Shown piece by piece: positions 1 to 9,301 of a DNA stretch of 64,000 nucleotides. The first letter of the stretch is position 1. Each line of letters begins with the position of its first letter. Source of the DNA: Candidatus Pacearchaeota archaeon (lineage in GTDB: Archaea > Nanobdellota > Nanobdellia > Pacearchaeales > GW2011-AR1). The notes below the pieces were generated by a model that made no database searches, was not told the origin of the DNA, and saw nothing but the letters and a program-made list of their open reading frames with translations. The stretch lies in assembly GCA_041649295.1 (NCBI GenBank), contig JBAZNI010000001.1:288115-352114 (forward strand), written 5' to 3'. A program made the translations under genes and the position numbers.

Positions 1-231
1 AAAACAGTTGATAATCTAAAAAGAAATATATTCTGCGGACAGCAGATACCAAAAGATAGAATTCCAAGGGAATATATTCAAAAATATAAGATTAGTAATC
101 TTTGGTGGCATCCATTAGCTGGTAATTGGAGATTAGTTTATTCTGCTGTTACTCCAGTAAGTTTTGAAATTCTTGCAGTAATAATTGAGTATTTTGACCA
201 TAAGCATTATGAAAGACGTTTTAATTACTAA
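1..231 (+). CDS. RelE/ParE-like toxin, C-terminal part (5' end lies outside the window)
   Basis: Frame 1 is open from the window edge to TAA at 229-231. The translation ..NIFCGQQIPKDRIPREYIQKYKISNLWWHPLAGNWRLVYS..DHKHYERRFNY aligns with ORF 39254-39559 (NPFCGIQTPKKQILKIYLQKHQIKNLWKYNLPNAWKLLYS). Confidence 0.5.
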   Translation, partial: KTVDNLKRNIFCGQQIPKDRIPREYIQKYKISNLWWHPLAGNWRLVYSAVTPVSFEILAVIIEYFDHKHYERRFNY

Positions 232-362
232 AAATTGATGTTTATACACTTCGAAATTACCTCTGGATAAATTTCTCCGTTAATAATTTAGTTAAGATAA
301 GTAAAATCAAATTAATTTATTGGTGGCAGTAATCAAAGTAGAAAGTGAGTATATCATAGAAC

Positions 363-448
363 AGCTGTCTATTGTAATATCAGAGCGAAGCGAATTTTTA
401 TTTAATAGAACATAACTTTCCCTAGTTTTATGCGAATTGAGTGGTAAG
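363..448. repeat. Mosaic intergenic repeat copy (Y module AGCTGTCTATTGTAATATCAGAGCGAAGCGA, then X module CTTTCCCTAGTTTTATGCGAATTGAGTGGTAAG)
   Basis: Matches 63872-63978, 4805-4850 and 5460-5507 by eye. Confidence 0.7.
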
Positions 449-544
449 CATCAGTATTCTTAACAGATGATTATAATTAGATATCACCTCTGATAAGTAT
501 AAAAAATAAATCAAAAATAAAAAAATAAATAGATTGATTGTTCT

Positions 545-850
545 TTAGAATCTTCTTCTATTGAAATTTCCACCGCCGCCTCTCATTGGTGGTCTTCTTG
601 GTCTATCTGGATCCATTGGCTTTGCTTCAGATATCTTAAGCTCACGGCCTTCAACATCTTTGCCGTTCATTTCTTCGATTGCTTTCTTTGCTTCGTCATC
701 GTCAGAAATTGTTACAAAACCAAATCCTTTTGATCTTCCTGAAAACTTGTCCTTTATTAATGTTGCTTCTTCTACATTATATGCTTCAAAAAGTTTTTTC
801 AACTTTGATTCATCAACACTAAAAGGCAAATTACCTACATATAGCTTCAT
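545..850 (-). CDS. RRM-type glycine/arginine-rich RNA-binding protein
   Basis: RNP-2 LYVGNL and RNP-1 KGFGFV motifs are present, with a C-terminal RRPPMRGGGGNFNRRRF tail. A GGAGG lies upstream of the ATG. Confidence 0.85.
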   Translation of the reverse strand: MKLYVGNLPFSVDESKLKKLFEAYNVEEATLIKDKFSGRSKGFGFVTISDDDEAKKAIEEMNGKDVEGRELKISEAKPMDPDRPRRPPMRGGGGNFNRRRF

Positions 851-1028
851 ATTTTTTCCTCCTTACACTCGTATCTATTAAGAACTAGTCCTAATAATTA
901 TAAAATGTCTTTCCTCCGAACATAACAATCATTAACAAAGAGGGTTTTTAAAGGTTTTGGAGGTTATTCTCTGTTAACTAAAAGGGACTTTTAGATAGGT
1001 TTTTAAGTTTCTAAATCGTGGCTTTTTT

Positions 1029-1598
1029 ATGGCAGAAAAGGAGTATAGTGGAATTAAAGATAGGCAAAGTTATGTATCTACGAGCGGTAAAGATTGGGAA
1101 TTAGTAGTGATGGATTTTGTTAATGCTTATTTTTTAAAAAATAAAATACCATTAAAAGTTATTCGTGGAAAAGGATTAAAAAATAAATCCCCAAAATTAT
1201 GGGATAATTTAGCTATTCCAGTTAATAATGGAAAGGTTGAGGGAGATGTTGATTTAGTAGTAATTAATATTTCTAATCCTGATATTCCTCTTGCTGTGAT
1301 TAGCTGTAAAACCAGTCTTCATGGTAGATTTTCTGAAACTTTGTTTTATGCAGTTGTTTGGAAAGAGATTATACAGAATTTTGTGGTAATGTTTGCTACA
1401 CCTGATAAAGGAAGGCAAGCCGGAGATGGAAAATGGGCTTCTGAATGGGGAACTGAAAAGCAACCTACAAAGGATAGACAATTAGGAGAAAAATATTTAG
1501 ATGGAATCTATATTAAAAATAATGAAACCTCTTTTGGTGGAAAAGTAAAAAAACTTGATGAACTGCCAATAGATTTAAAGAAATTACTTATTGGCTAA
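1029..1598 (+). CDS. Putative type II restriction endonuclease (PD-(D/E)XK-like)
   Basis: Converges on and overlaps the methyltransferase gene by 15 nt. The segment GDVDLVVIN..ISCKTSL resembles a D..(D/E/S)xK core. Confidence 0.45.
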   Translation: MAEKEYSGIKDRQSYVSTSGKDWELVVMDFVNAYFLKNKIPLKVIRGKGLKNKSPKLWDNLAIPVNNGKVEGDVDLVVINISNPDIPLAVISCKTSLHGRFSETLFYAVVWKEIIQNFVVMFATPDKGRQAGDGKWASEWGTEKQPTKDRQLGEKYLDGIYIKNNETSFGGKVKKLDELPIDLKKLLIG

Positions 1599-2396
1599 TT
1601 TTTGTTGAGACATCTCTTCTTTTGTTTTTCTTAATCTTTCTTTTGCAGTTTTGCAATATTCTTCTGAAATGTCTATATGGATAAAATTTCTATCATTTTT
1701 GTTAGAAACAATAGCAACCGTTCCGGTTCCTCCGAACATATCTAAAATATTATTTCCCTTATAAGAATAAAATTTTATTAGTCTATAAACCAATTCATCT
1801 GGAAAAGGAGCAGGATGTCCATTTCTTTTAGTTTCTGGAGAAATATACCACATACCGTCTGAAAATTTCATGAATTCTTCTTTTGTAATATCTATATCTT
1901 TTTGAGAACCTTCTAACCTTACTCCATCTTTTTGAAAAATTAAGACATATTCCCAAGAAGGAACTATATGGGGATTGGCAGGACTCTTAAAACTTCCCCA
2001 TGCTGTTCTCTTAAGCATAGTTTGTTTATACCAAACTATTTCTGTTCTGAATTTCATACCTAATTTTCTTAATTGATTTGCAAAATCATGATGAATTGGA
2101 ACAAAATCTCTTATGCCTGTTGGAGCAATATTTAAGCAAAATCTCCCTCCATTAACAAGAACTCTTTGAGTCTCTTTCCAAACTTCATTTAGCCAATTAA
2201 GATATTCTTGATAATCCATTTTATCATTATGATTATCATAATCTTTGCCCACATTATATGGGGGGGAAGTTATTGCTAAATGAACACTATTAGAAGGCAT
2301 TTTTTTCATAATTTCTAATACATCTCCACAAATAATTTTATTTTGAAAACTGCTTATTTCATTCTCTTTTTCCATAATCTTAATTAGTTCTTTCAT
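1584..2396 (-). CDS. DNA methyltransferase, N4-C/N6-A type (beta class)
   Basis: Motif IV ITSPPYNVG precedes motif I DMFGGTGTVAIV. The ATG at 2396 (MKELIK) is preferred because the longer ORF to 2438 overlaps the transposase stop. Confidence 0.85.
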   Translation of the reverse strand: MKELIKIMEKENEISSFQNKIICGDVLEIMKKMPSNSVHLAITSPPYNVGKDYDNHNDKMDYQEYLNWLNEVWKETQRVLVNGGRFCLNIAPTGIRDFVPIHHDFANQLRKLGMKFRTEIVWYKQTMLKRTAWGSFKSPANPHIVPSWEYVLIFQKDGVRLEGSQKDIDITKEEFMKFSDGMWYISPETKRNGHPAPFPDELVYRLIKFYSYKGNNILDMFGGTGTVAIVSNKNDRNFIHIDISEEYCKTAKERLRKTKEEMSQQKLANK

Positions 2397-2398
2397 TT

Positions 2399-3337
2399 TT
2401 AAATACTTTTGTTTGCTAAATTTATTAGTTCTAACCATCTGTTTGTAGTCTGAAATTTTAAAGAAGGGATAGCCAATTCAGAAGGAGTTTTTCCCTTTAA
2501 TGCCTCATGCTTTTTTACAAAATTATAATAAATTTCAATTCCTTTCATTAAGGCATAAGCACTTTCTACTGAGCCATGTAGCCCCCTAAAATTCTGTGTT
2601 CTTTGCCTTATTGTGTTATGTAATCTCTCAACCCAAATATTAAAGCCCTCCCCTTTTCTTTGGGTAACCACATTATGTTTAACATTATATTTTCCTAAAT
2701 GGTTATCATATCCAAAAGTCCTTTTAACTGCCTTTTCATAAGCAGTATAACCATCAGTTGTAACTATTTTAATCTGATTACCAGTTTTATTCTTAACCTT
2801 AGATAAAACCTCTTTTATATTATTCTGGCTTCGGTATTTAAAATAAGAAGAACTTATCAAAAATCTTGTCTTGACATCAATTCCATTAATTAGCCAGTTT
2901 TTATCAACTCCTAATTTTTTCTTATGCGACTTTCTTCTGTGATATTCCATCTCATCAACTTCTATGTAACTGCCCGTATTAATTTTTAGATTGTCCGTAT
3001 AATTTGCTATTTTCAAGATATATTTTTTAATCCACTTATAAATTGAAACATTAGAGCTATTATGAGGATAAAATGCCTGTAAATGAGATTGTATTTCTCT
3101 TGTTGATAACCCTCTATAAAATAAATCTAAGCAAAGAGATATTTTTCTATCATTGTTTCTCATTCTGTAAAAGCTATTATTATCTACAAATCTATGATGA
3201 CAATAGTTACAGGAAAATCTTTGAATTTTCCCTCTATTATCAGTATATCTAAAACCTCTCTTTATAATCTCTTCAGAATCACAATTAGGACACGAAAGGT
3301 TTTTATATTTGTTTTGCTTGTTATTTTTGTATTTCAT
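2399..3337 (-). mobile_element. IS-element DDE transposase with N-terminal zinc finger (IS6/IS1-like)
   Basis: CPNCDS..C..CHHRF zinc finger is followed by DEMEY, TTDGYTAYEKA and a HNTIRQRTQNFRGLHG..A tail typical of IS6-type DDE enzymes. Terminal inverted repeats could not be defined. Confidence 0.7.
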
Positions 3338-3351
3338 TAGTCGTGGAATAC

Positions 3352-3502
3352 CTGCTCCTTCGGGAGCAGTTAATTTAATATTATTGAAGCATTCAGTGTC
3401 CCATAATCACTGAATGCCTCTTTCCCCTCGTTATATAACGAGTTGATATTTCTAATACAACCTACTATTTAAATCTTTCTATTTCACGAATAATCGTGAA
3501 AT
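3352..3502. other. Cluster of four perfect hairpins/palindromes upstream of the transposase gene
   Basis: The four are CTGCTCC-TTCG-GGAGCAG (3352-3369), GCATTCAGTG-9nt-CACTGAATGC (3389-3417), palindrome CTCGTTATATAACGAG (3427-3442) and ATTTCACGA-ATAA-TCGTGAAAT (3481-3502). Confidence 0.6.
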
Positions 3503-3624
3503 TAAACTTTAAGTTAAATATCTAATTTATTGTTAAGATTTAACCCCCGCATTCAACCTCACGAAGAGGATTACCATGTGTTTTTAAAAACACAAAAGTT
3601 TATAAAGTCCTTTTTATTACATAA

Positions 3625-4467
3625 TTGATGGAAAAAACTATTAATAACAAAACTGATAATAAGAAAAAAGCTGGAAGACCTAAGGGAGCTAAAAGTAAAC
3701 TTAATCTTCCAATAAGAAATATAGCCGACGCCATAGACTGGGCTCGGAAAGTGGATAATGAAGCCAATGGAAATGAATTTCATCCAGAGGATTTAGTAGA
3801 GTATATAGGTATAAACAAGGGATTTGTTAGCCCTGCATTATCAGTATTGCAAAAATTTGGGTTTATTGAAAAGGGCAGTTTTGGGTGGAAAATTAGTGAT
3901 TTAGGGATGAGGGTTATAAGCAATGAAAGAGAAGCAGTCAGAGAGGCTTTAGAAAGGGTTGATTTATATAGAGATTTGTTAAGAAGTTTTGGAGATAAGA
4001 ATGTAACCAAAACTATCATACTTAACTATCTAAAAACTAAATATAAAAAGGGGGAGAATACAGAGATAATTGCAGAAAAATATGCCGAAGCAGTTAGTTA
4101 TCTAAACTCCCTTGAAAAAGGAATAGGAAAACCGGCTACTAAAGAAGTAAATAAAATAATTGATAATAAGATTATAACTTTATTAAAATTAAAATATACT
4201 TTTTATCCAGATAAAAATTCAAAAAAAGAAATTTTAAATGAATTAATAACTGAATTTAATGATGATGAAGATGTTACTATAAAATCTTTAATATCTCAAA
4301 TTAAAGAGAATGAAGATAATGAAAGCATATTAAAAGTGCTTATAGACACCTTAATGAATAGTTTTTCTCAAAAATATCCAATTCTTAATATTGAAAAGAA
4401 AGTTAAAAAAGAGCAAAAGAAAGAAATAACTGAAAAATCACAAGAACATCATAGTCAATCTGATTGA
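3625..4467 (+). CDS. Hypothetical protein, basic N-terminus (KKKAGRPKGAKSK), possible winged-helix DNA binder
   Basis: Long ORF with coding-like composition; no family recognised. Confidence 0.5.
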   Translation: MMEKTINNKTDNKKKAGRPKGAKSKLNLPIRNIADAIDWARKVDNEANGNEFHPEDLVEYIGINKGFVSPALSVLQKFGFIEKGSFGWKISDLGMRVISNEREAVREALERVDLYRDLLRSFGDKNVTKTIILNYLKTKYKKGENTEIIAEKYAEAVSYLNSLEKGIGKPATKEVNKIIDNKIITLLKLKYTFYPDKNSKKEILNELITEFNDDEDVTIKSLISQIKENEDNESILKVLIDTLMNSFSQKYPILNIEKKVKKEQKKEITEKSQEHHSQSD

Positions 4468-4675
4468 TAAAACGGGAGAACATTTAGGGGTTGCTTGTTT
4501 TGTATTCAAGTTAATCCCTAAATGCGTTTTTTAAATATTATATTATCTTTAAGAATTACTACTTTTTAAATGTTTTTCATATTTTTTTAACCATAAAAAG
4601 TCCCTCTAACTTAACAATGTATGGAGGTTAAAAACCCTGGATGATGTTGAGAAAATCTGGCAATATCAACTCCAA

Positions 4676-4850
4676 GGGTTAATGTTAGAGACAATATGTT
4701 ATGTTGCGGGTATATTAGTTATCAGCACACATCACTTTCTTGCATTAAATAATTGTTTAAAGCGAAAAACATGCCGGAGGCTGTTTTGAGCTGTTCTTCT
4801 CTTTGGGTTAATAGTCCATATCTTCCCTAGGGTTTATGGGGGTTGGGGGT
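4676..4850. repeat. Mosaic repeat copy (left-TIR-like GGGTTAATGTTAGAGACAAT at 4676-4695, X module at 4805-4850)
   Basis: The TIR-like 18-mer is identical, in reverse complement, to 40442-40459. The X module aligns with 63872-63920. Confidence 0.65.
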
Positions 4851-4928
4851 TTGGTTTACACAAGAAACCAAAAAGCTTAAATATTAGTATTTATTATGAA
4901 TTATAATAAAACATTATAAATAGATAAA

Positions 4929-5165
4929 ATGGTTCAAAGCATTATTAATATTAATGAGCAAGAAGATAGGGTGCTGAATATAGTCAAAGCTAAATTCGGG
5001 CTTAAAAATAAAAGCGAGGCTGTTGCTTTAATAACCAAAATATATGAAGAAAGTTTCCTAGAGCCTGAATTAAGGCCAGAGTACCTAGAGAAATTAGAGA
5101 AAATAAGAAAGGGAAAATATATTAAGTTTAGTTCTATTAGTGAGTTAAGAAAGATAACAAGTTAA
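4929..5165 (+). CDS. Small antitoxin-like protein (RHH/DUF2683-like)
   Basis: 78 aa, 17 nt upstream of a RelE-like ORF; the pair is arranged like a type II TA module. Confidence 0.5.
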   Translation: MVQSIININEQEDRVLNIVKAKFGLKNKSEAVALITKIYEESFLEPELRPEYLEKLEKIRKGKYIKFSSISELRKITS

Positions 5166-5181
5166 TATTAAAGAGGTTGAA

Positions 5182-5448
5182 ATGTACAGCTATAAAATAA
5201 GTGAGGAGCTTAAAGAGATTATGCTAAAGCTCTCAAAAAAAGATAAACCTCTTTATGAGCAATTATTAAAGAAAATTGAAGAGGTAATTAATTATTATGA
5301 TATTGAACATTATAAAAATCTAAGATATAATATGAAAAACTCAAAAAGAGTCCATATCGGGCATTTTGTTCTTGTTTTTCAGTTCGATAAACAAACCAAT
5401 GAAATAAGTTTTGATGATTTCGACCACCACGATAAGATTTATGGATGA
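5182..5448 (+). CDS. RelE/ParE-family toxin
   Basis: 88 aa. The KRVHIGHFVLVFQFD..ISFDDFDHHDKIY C-terminus is typical of archaeal RelE-like toxins. Confidence 0.6.
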   Translation: MYSYKISEELKEIMLKLSKKDKPLYEQLLKKIEEVINYYDIEHYKNLRYNMKNSKRVHIGHFVLVFQFDKQTNEISFDDFDHHDKIYG

Positions 5449-5459
5449 GTTAGGAATTT

Positions 5460-5507
5460 GGGTTAATAATCCCTATCTTTCCCTTGCTTAAATTGAGTTG
5501 AGCGGGG
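5460..5507. repeat. Mosaic repeat X module (GGGTTAATAATCCCTATCTTTCCCTTGCTTAAATTGAGTTGAGCGGGG)
   Basis: Aligns with 4805-4850, 63872-63920 and 416-448. Confidence 0.7.
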
Positions 5508-5859
5508 TTTTGGGATGGGTGTTGTTGATTCTTGATTCTGTTAGTTTTGTTTTCCTGCTCTTTACCACACATAGTTTTTGGAAAATCACCCGAAAACTAT
5601 ATATACTAGAGCTCCCTCCACTATATGTTATTAGAATCATATTGAATAGCTTGTAAAAGATGACTAAAAGATACTAAGCAGGGTACACAGGAAATTACAT
5701 TCACAATAACATTTCATGATCACTTTCAGGTTTGTTTTAGTGAGTTAATCATAAGGGTGAGAAAAAATCTTTTACACATCTTAATTAGTTAAGTATGAGC
5801 AATCCAATAATTCTAGTAATACAATAAATACATAAATAAATCATAGGAGGAAAATAAAA

Positions 5860-6996
5860 ATGGCAAAAATAAGCCCTGTATCAATAAAATATATGATACA
5901 TGCAAGGTTTGAAGCTGTTGGCTCAGTAGAAAAGCCAGATGTAATTGGAGCTTTATTTGGGCAGACAGAAGGGTTACTTGGAAGAGAACTTGAAATAAGA
6001 GATCTTCAAAAAGAAGGTAAAATCGGCAGGATTGAAGTAGATTTAGAGCCTGAAAATGGAAAAACTATTGGAAAAATTCAAATTCCCACTGCTATTGACC
6101 AGTCAGAAACTAGTTTAATTGCCGCTGCAATTGAAACAATTGACAGAATTGGACCTACAGAAGCTAAAATAACTGTAGAAAAAATTGAAGATGTCCGTGG
6201 AAACAAGAGAGATTACATTTTAGAAAGGGCAAAAAAATTATTAGAAGGAATTCAGGGCAACCAAACTTCTAAAGAAATTTCAAGTAATCTTAAAATTGCT
6301 ACAAGAACATCAAGAATTCAGGAATATGGAGATGAAAAGCTCCCATGTGGAAACATTGAAGTGCCTGAAATAATTGTTGTTGAAGGCAGAGCTGATGTTG
6401 TTAATTTGCTTGAAAACAGGATTGAAAATGTAATTGGAATGAACGGAACAAAACTTCCAAGAGCAGTTATCGAGCTTAGCAAGAAAAAAGAAATAACTCT
6501 TTTTGTTGATGGCGATAGGGGAGGAAAGCTTATAGCAAAGAATGTAATTGAAAATGCAGAAATTGACTATATTGCATTTGCTCCTGACGGCAAAGAAGTT
6601 GAAGAACTCTCTGGAAAAGAGATCCTTGCAAGTTTAAGAAAGAAAATTCCTGCAAAGGAATTTTCTTCCTCTAAGGAGGAAAAGCAGGATTATAACCAAA
6701 AATATTCCAATGAAAATTCAAAGATAGATATTGAAAAATTAAGGAAAATACTTCCAGAAATTGAAGGAAGTGAAAAAGCATATTTATTTGACAAAAACTT
6801 GAACATAATAAAAAAAGTTTCAAAGTCAGGGATTCAGAATGCACTTTCAAAAGAGGGAAATGTTGAAATTATTGCAATTGACGGGAAAGTGACACTTCAG
6901 ATAATTGAAATTGCTGAGCAGGCAGGAGTTAAGTATCTTGCAGCAAAAACATTCGCAACTTCTAGCTCAGACAAAATTAAGTTTATTGGGTTTTAG
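5860..6996 (+). CDS. dnaG: Archaeal DnaG primase-like protein (Toprim)
   Basis: The N-terminus IKYMIHARFEAVGSVEKPDVIGALFGQTEGLLG is characteristic of archaeal DnaG. Toprim motifs VVEGRADV and FVDGDRGG are present, and AGGAGG lies upstream. Confidence 0.9.
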   Translation: MAKISPVSIKYMIHARFEAVGSVEKPDVIGALFGQTEGLLGRELEIRDLQKEGKIGRIEVDLEPENGKTIGKIQIPTAIDQSETSLIAAAIETIDRIGPTEAKITVEKIEDVRGNKRDYILERAKKLLEGIQGNQTSKEISSNLKIATRTSRIQEYGDEKLPCGNIEVPEIIVVEGRADVVNLLENRIENVIGMNGTKLPRAVIELSKKKEITLFVDGDRGGKLIAKNVIENAEIDYIAFAPDGKEVEELSGKEILASLRKKIPAKEFSSSKEEKQDYNQKYSNENSKIDIEKLRKILPEIEGSEKAYLFDKNLNIIKKVSKSGIQNALSKEGNVEIIAIDGKVTLQIIEIAEQAGVKYLAAKTFATSSSDKIKFIGF

Positions 6997-7000
6997 ATTA

Positions 7001-7128
7001 ATATATGCGCTCCGAAACCAGCTTCGCTAGGTTTCTTCGCTAAGAAATTACCTTAATGAAAAACTAATACACGCTAAAGATACGTTTCTAACATTAACAA
7101 GAGCGAGCGGTGTTTTCTTGAATTGAAT
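7001..7128. repeat. About 130-bp intergenic repeat, copy 1 (ATATATGCGCTCCGAAACC..GGTTTCTTCGCTAAGAAA ... TCTAACATTAAC..AGCGAGCGG..GTTTTCTTGAATTGAAT)
   Basis: Paralogous to 8591-8752. The internal 6-bp stem differs by a compensatory pair. Confidence 0.7.
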
Positions 7129-7253
7129 CAGTTAGAATTCTTATATGGGCACAAATTTTCAAACACTTTAGATTGTGCCCACATAGATTACTATGGTTTA
7201 TTATGGAGTAAAAATCTTAATGATTTTAAGATTATATAACTTAAACTTTTTGG

Positions 7254-7679
7254 TTATTTCCAGCCAATTAAAATAATTCCGATTGTTGCAAGAACTACTC
7301 CTGCAACTTTTATATAAGAGAATTCTGATTTAAAGAGGAGTACAGAACCTATAAATACCACAATAGCACTAGCTGATATTACTGCCGAACTATATCCCGC
7401 ATTTGGAGTTTGTTTCAAGGAATAGGTAGACATTAGTAATCCCACCATTCCAAGAACTGCCGCCAATATAAGAAATACCAGCCATAGCGAAGGTATTTTC
7501 AAATCTTGTTTTGTTGCAACCGAAGCTATTAATAATAATAAAAATATTATCCCTTCAATATACATTGCAAAAATAATTGGGCGAATTCCTAAATTAAGCA
7601 AATGTTTTTGGGTTAAAGTCATTAAACCAAAAAATACCATTGCGATTAGTGCAAGTATAAACCAACTCATTTTCATCAT
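7254..7679 (-). CDS. Small EamA/DMT-like membrane protein
   Basis: 141 aa with four to five hydrophobic helices and an EamA-like pattern. Confidence 0.55.
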   Translation of the reverse strand: MMKMSWFILALIAMVFFGLMTLTQKHLLNLGIRPIIFAMYIEGIIFLLLLIASVATKQDLKIPSLWLVFLILAAVLGMVGLLMSTYSLKQTPNAGYSSAVISASAIVVFIGSVLLFKSEFSYIKVAGVVLATIGIILIGWK

Positions 7680-7727
7680 AAAAGCTAGTATAACAAATTA
7701 TATAAAGTTAACTTTTTGAAATATATT

Positions 7728-8588
7728 ATGGCAAGAGTAATTAGAGCAGATTTGCACAATCACTTAGCAACACATTCGCCAGAGTTCACTCTTCGAGAAG
7801 TTGCAGATATAGTTCGTAAAAAATTAGGCGCTGGCGGGATGATTGCAGTTGTTAATTTTAAAACAGAGCAGGGAAATGATGAAAATGCGTGGAATTACGA
7901 AAATCTAATAAAAAGAAATGGGCTATATGCAATAAAATCTACTGGCGATGCTGTTTATGATTCAAATAGAGATGTAACTATTGTTAAGGCGCAGGAAATT
8001 CCAGTAGATAGAGGAGATCATAGTTTTGCTCACTTGTTAGCTATTGGCATATCAAAAGGAGATAGTGTTAAACCCTGGCAGTCTGTTGAAGATACACTTG
8101 CAGATATTAAAGAAAATTATCATGCAATTGTCGTTGTTCCTCATCCATTTGCATCAAATGGATTAGGAGATTATCTTGATGAGCATCCAGATTTGTTAGG
8201 TTATATTGATGCAATTGAAACTCATAGTAGCGGAGCGGCTTTATTTTTCGGAGCAAATCTAAAAGCAAGAGTGTTGCATGATTCAGTAAAAAGAGATTTT
8301 CCAATTGCTAGTATTAAATCTTCTGATGGACATTCACTAAGTGAAATTGGAAGAAGTTATATAGAAATACCAGAACCAGAAATTGAAGAGGGCCTTGGAT
8401 TAACAGATGAATTATCAAAAAATTTAATGGATCAAATAGGTTGTGGAAAATCTGGAAATTCATACTGGCCTACTATTAAACATCTTGCAACTCTTGCTCC
8501 TATTGAAGTTAAAGAATTATTAACAGGAAAATACGACCAGACATTTACAAAAGAATTTGTTGATAAGTTAAGAGGAAAAAAGAAATAA
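7728..8588 (+). CDS. PHP-domain-like metal-dependent phosphoesterase
   Basis: N-terminal RADLHNHL motif with later H/D residues. The ATG at 7728 is preferred to the TTG at 7716. Confidence 0.5.
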   Translation: MARVIRADLHNHLATHSPEFTLREVADIVRKKLGAGGMIAVVNFKTEQGNDENAWNYENLIKRNGLYAIKSTGDAVYDSNRDVTIVKAQEIPVDRGDHSFAHLLAIGISKGDSVKPWQSVEDTLADIKENYHAIVVVPHPFASNGLGDYLDEHPDLLGYIDAIETHSSGAALFFGANLKARVLHDSVKRDFPIASIKSSDGHSLSEIGRSYIEIPEPEIEEGLGLTDELSKNLMDQIGCGKSGNSYWPTIKHLATLAPIEVKELLTGKYDQTFTKEFVDKLRGKKK

Positions 8589-8590
8589 GA

Positions 8591-8752
8591 ATATATGGGC
8601 TCCGAAATCGCCTTTGGCAGATTTCTTCGCTAAGAAAATTATTTAATAGGGGTAAAATCACTTTATTTACATTGTCAGTAGTCGTAACATTCCAGTATTA
8701 TTACATTAACCCAGGCGTTGTTTTCTTGAATTGAATAAAAGCATTTTTAAAT
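8591..8752. repeat. About 130-bp intergenic repeat, copy 2
   Basis: ATATATGGGCTCCGAAATC..GATTTCTTCGCTAAGAAAA ... ACATTAACCC..GTTTTCTTGAATTGAATAAAAGCATTTTTAAAT. The tail is shared with 11391-11411. Confidence 0.7.
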
Positions 8753-8772
8753 TGAGCAAACTATGATTAGAT

Positions 8773-9270
8773 ATGAAAAAAGGTGTTAAAATAATATTAA
8801 TCGTATTAATCATTTTTATTGCAATTTCTGTTTATCTTACATTTATCTACAAGTTTAGATGTGACAATATTGTGTGCTGGGAGCAAAAATTTGAAAGATG
8901 TTCGAGGGCAAGTTTTGTAAATGATGCTGGAGAAGTTGTTTGGAAATATACAATTCTTGGCAAGAATAGGGACGGAAAATGCGAAGTCGAAGTAACTGCT
9001 ATAAGGCTTAAAAGTGGATTAAAAAAATCAATTGAAATGGAAGGGCAATCGATGGTATGCCTTACTGACTTAGGAACAATAAATAATCCAGAAACAACAC
9101 CTGCAAACTGCCACGGAAGATTAAAAGAAACACTTCAAGAGCTGATGATTGAAAAACTATACCAGTATATTCTTGATAATGTCGGCAAGGTCAGCCAGGA
9201 AATTATGGATATTGAAAGCATAACTTCTGGGAATTCAACACAAATTATTGTTGGAAACTCTACAAGTTAA
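8773..9270 (+). CDS. Membrane-anchored Cys-containing hypothetical protein
   Basis: N-terminal TM helix; ORF of 165 aa. Confidence 0.5.
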   Translation: MKKGVKIILIVLIIFIAISVYLTFIYKFRCDNIVCWEQKFERCSRASFVNDAGEVVWKYTILGKNRDGKCEVEVTAIRLKSGLKKSIEMEGQSMVCLTDLGTINNPETTPANCHGRLKETLQELMIEKLYQYILDNVGKVSQEIMDIESITSGNSTQIIVGNSTS

Positions 9271-9301
9271 AGTATTTAAATAAAAAATTTGTTAGTTATT
9301 T

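Noticed and set aside
561-881. 106-aa ORF antisense to the RRM protein gene
   Set aside because: The opposite strand carries clear RNP-1/RNP-2 motifs. This frame gives a low-complexity S/P/F-rich sequence.
2397-3620. Terminal inverted repeats delimiting the IS element
   Set aside because: I compared the sequence just beyond the transposase stop with 3340-3620 and found no convincing inverted match. Element boundaries are therefore left undefined.
5690-5760. Possible C/D-box sRNA upstream of dnaG (ATGATCA ... ATCAT)
   Set aside because: The C box is imperfect. No CTGA D box sits at the right spacing and there is no k-turn-compatible terminal stem.
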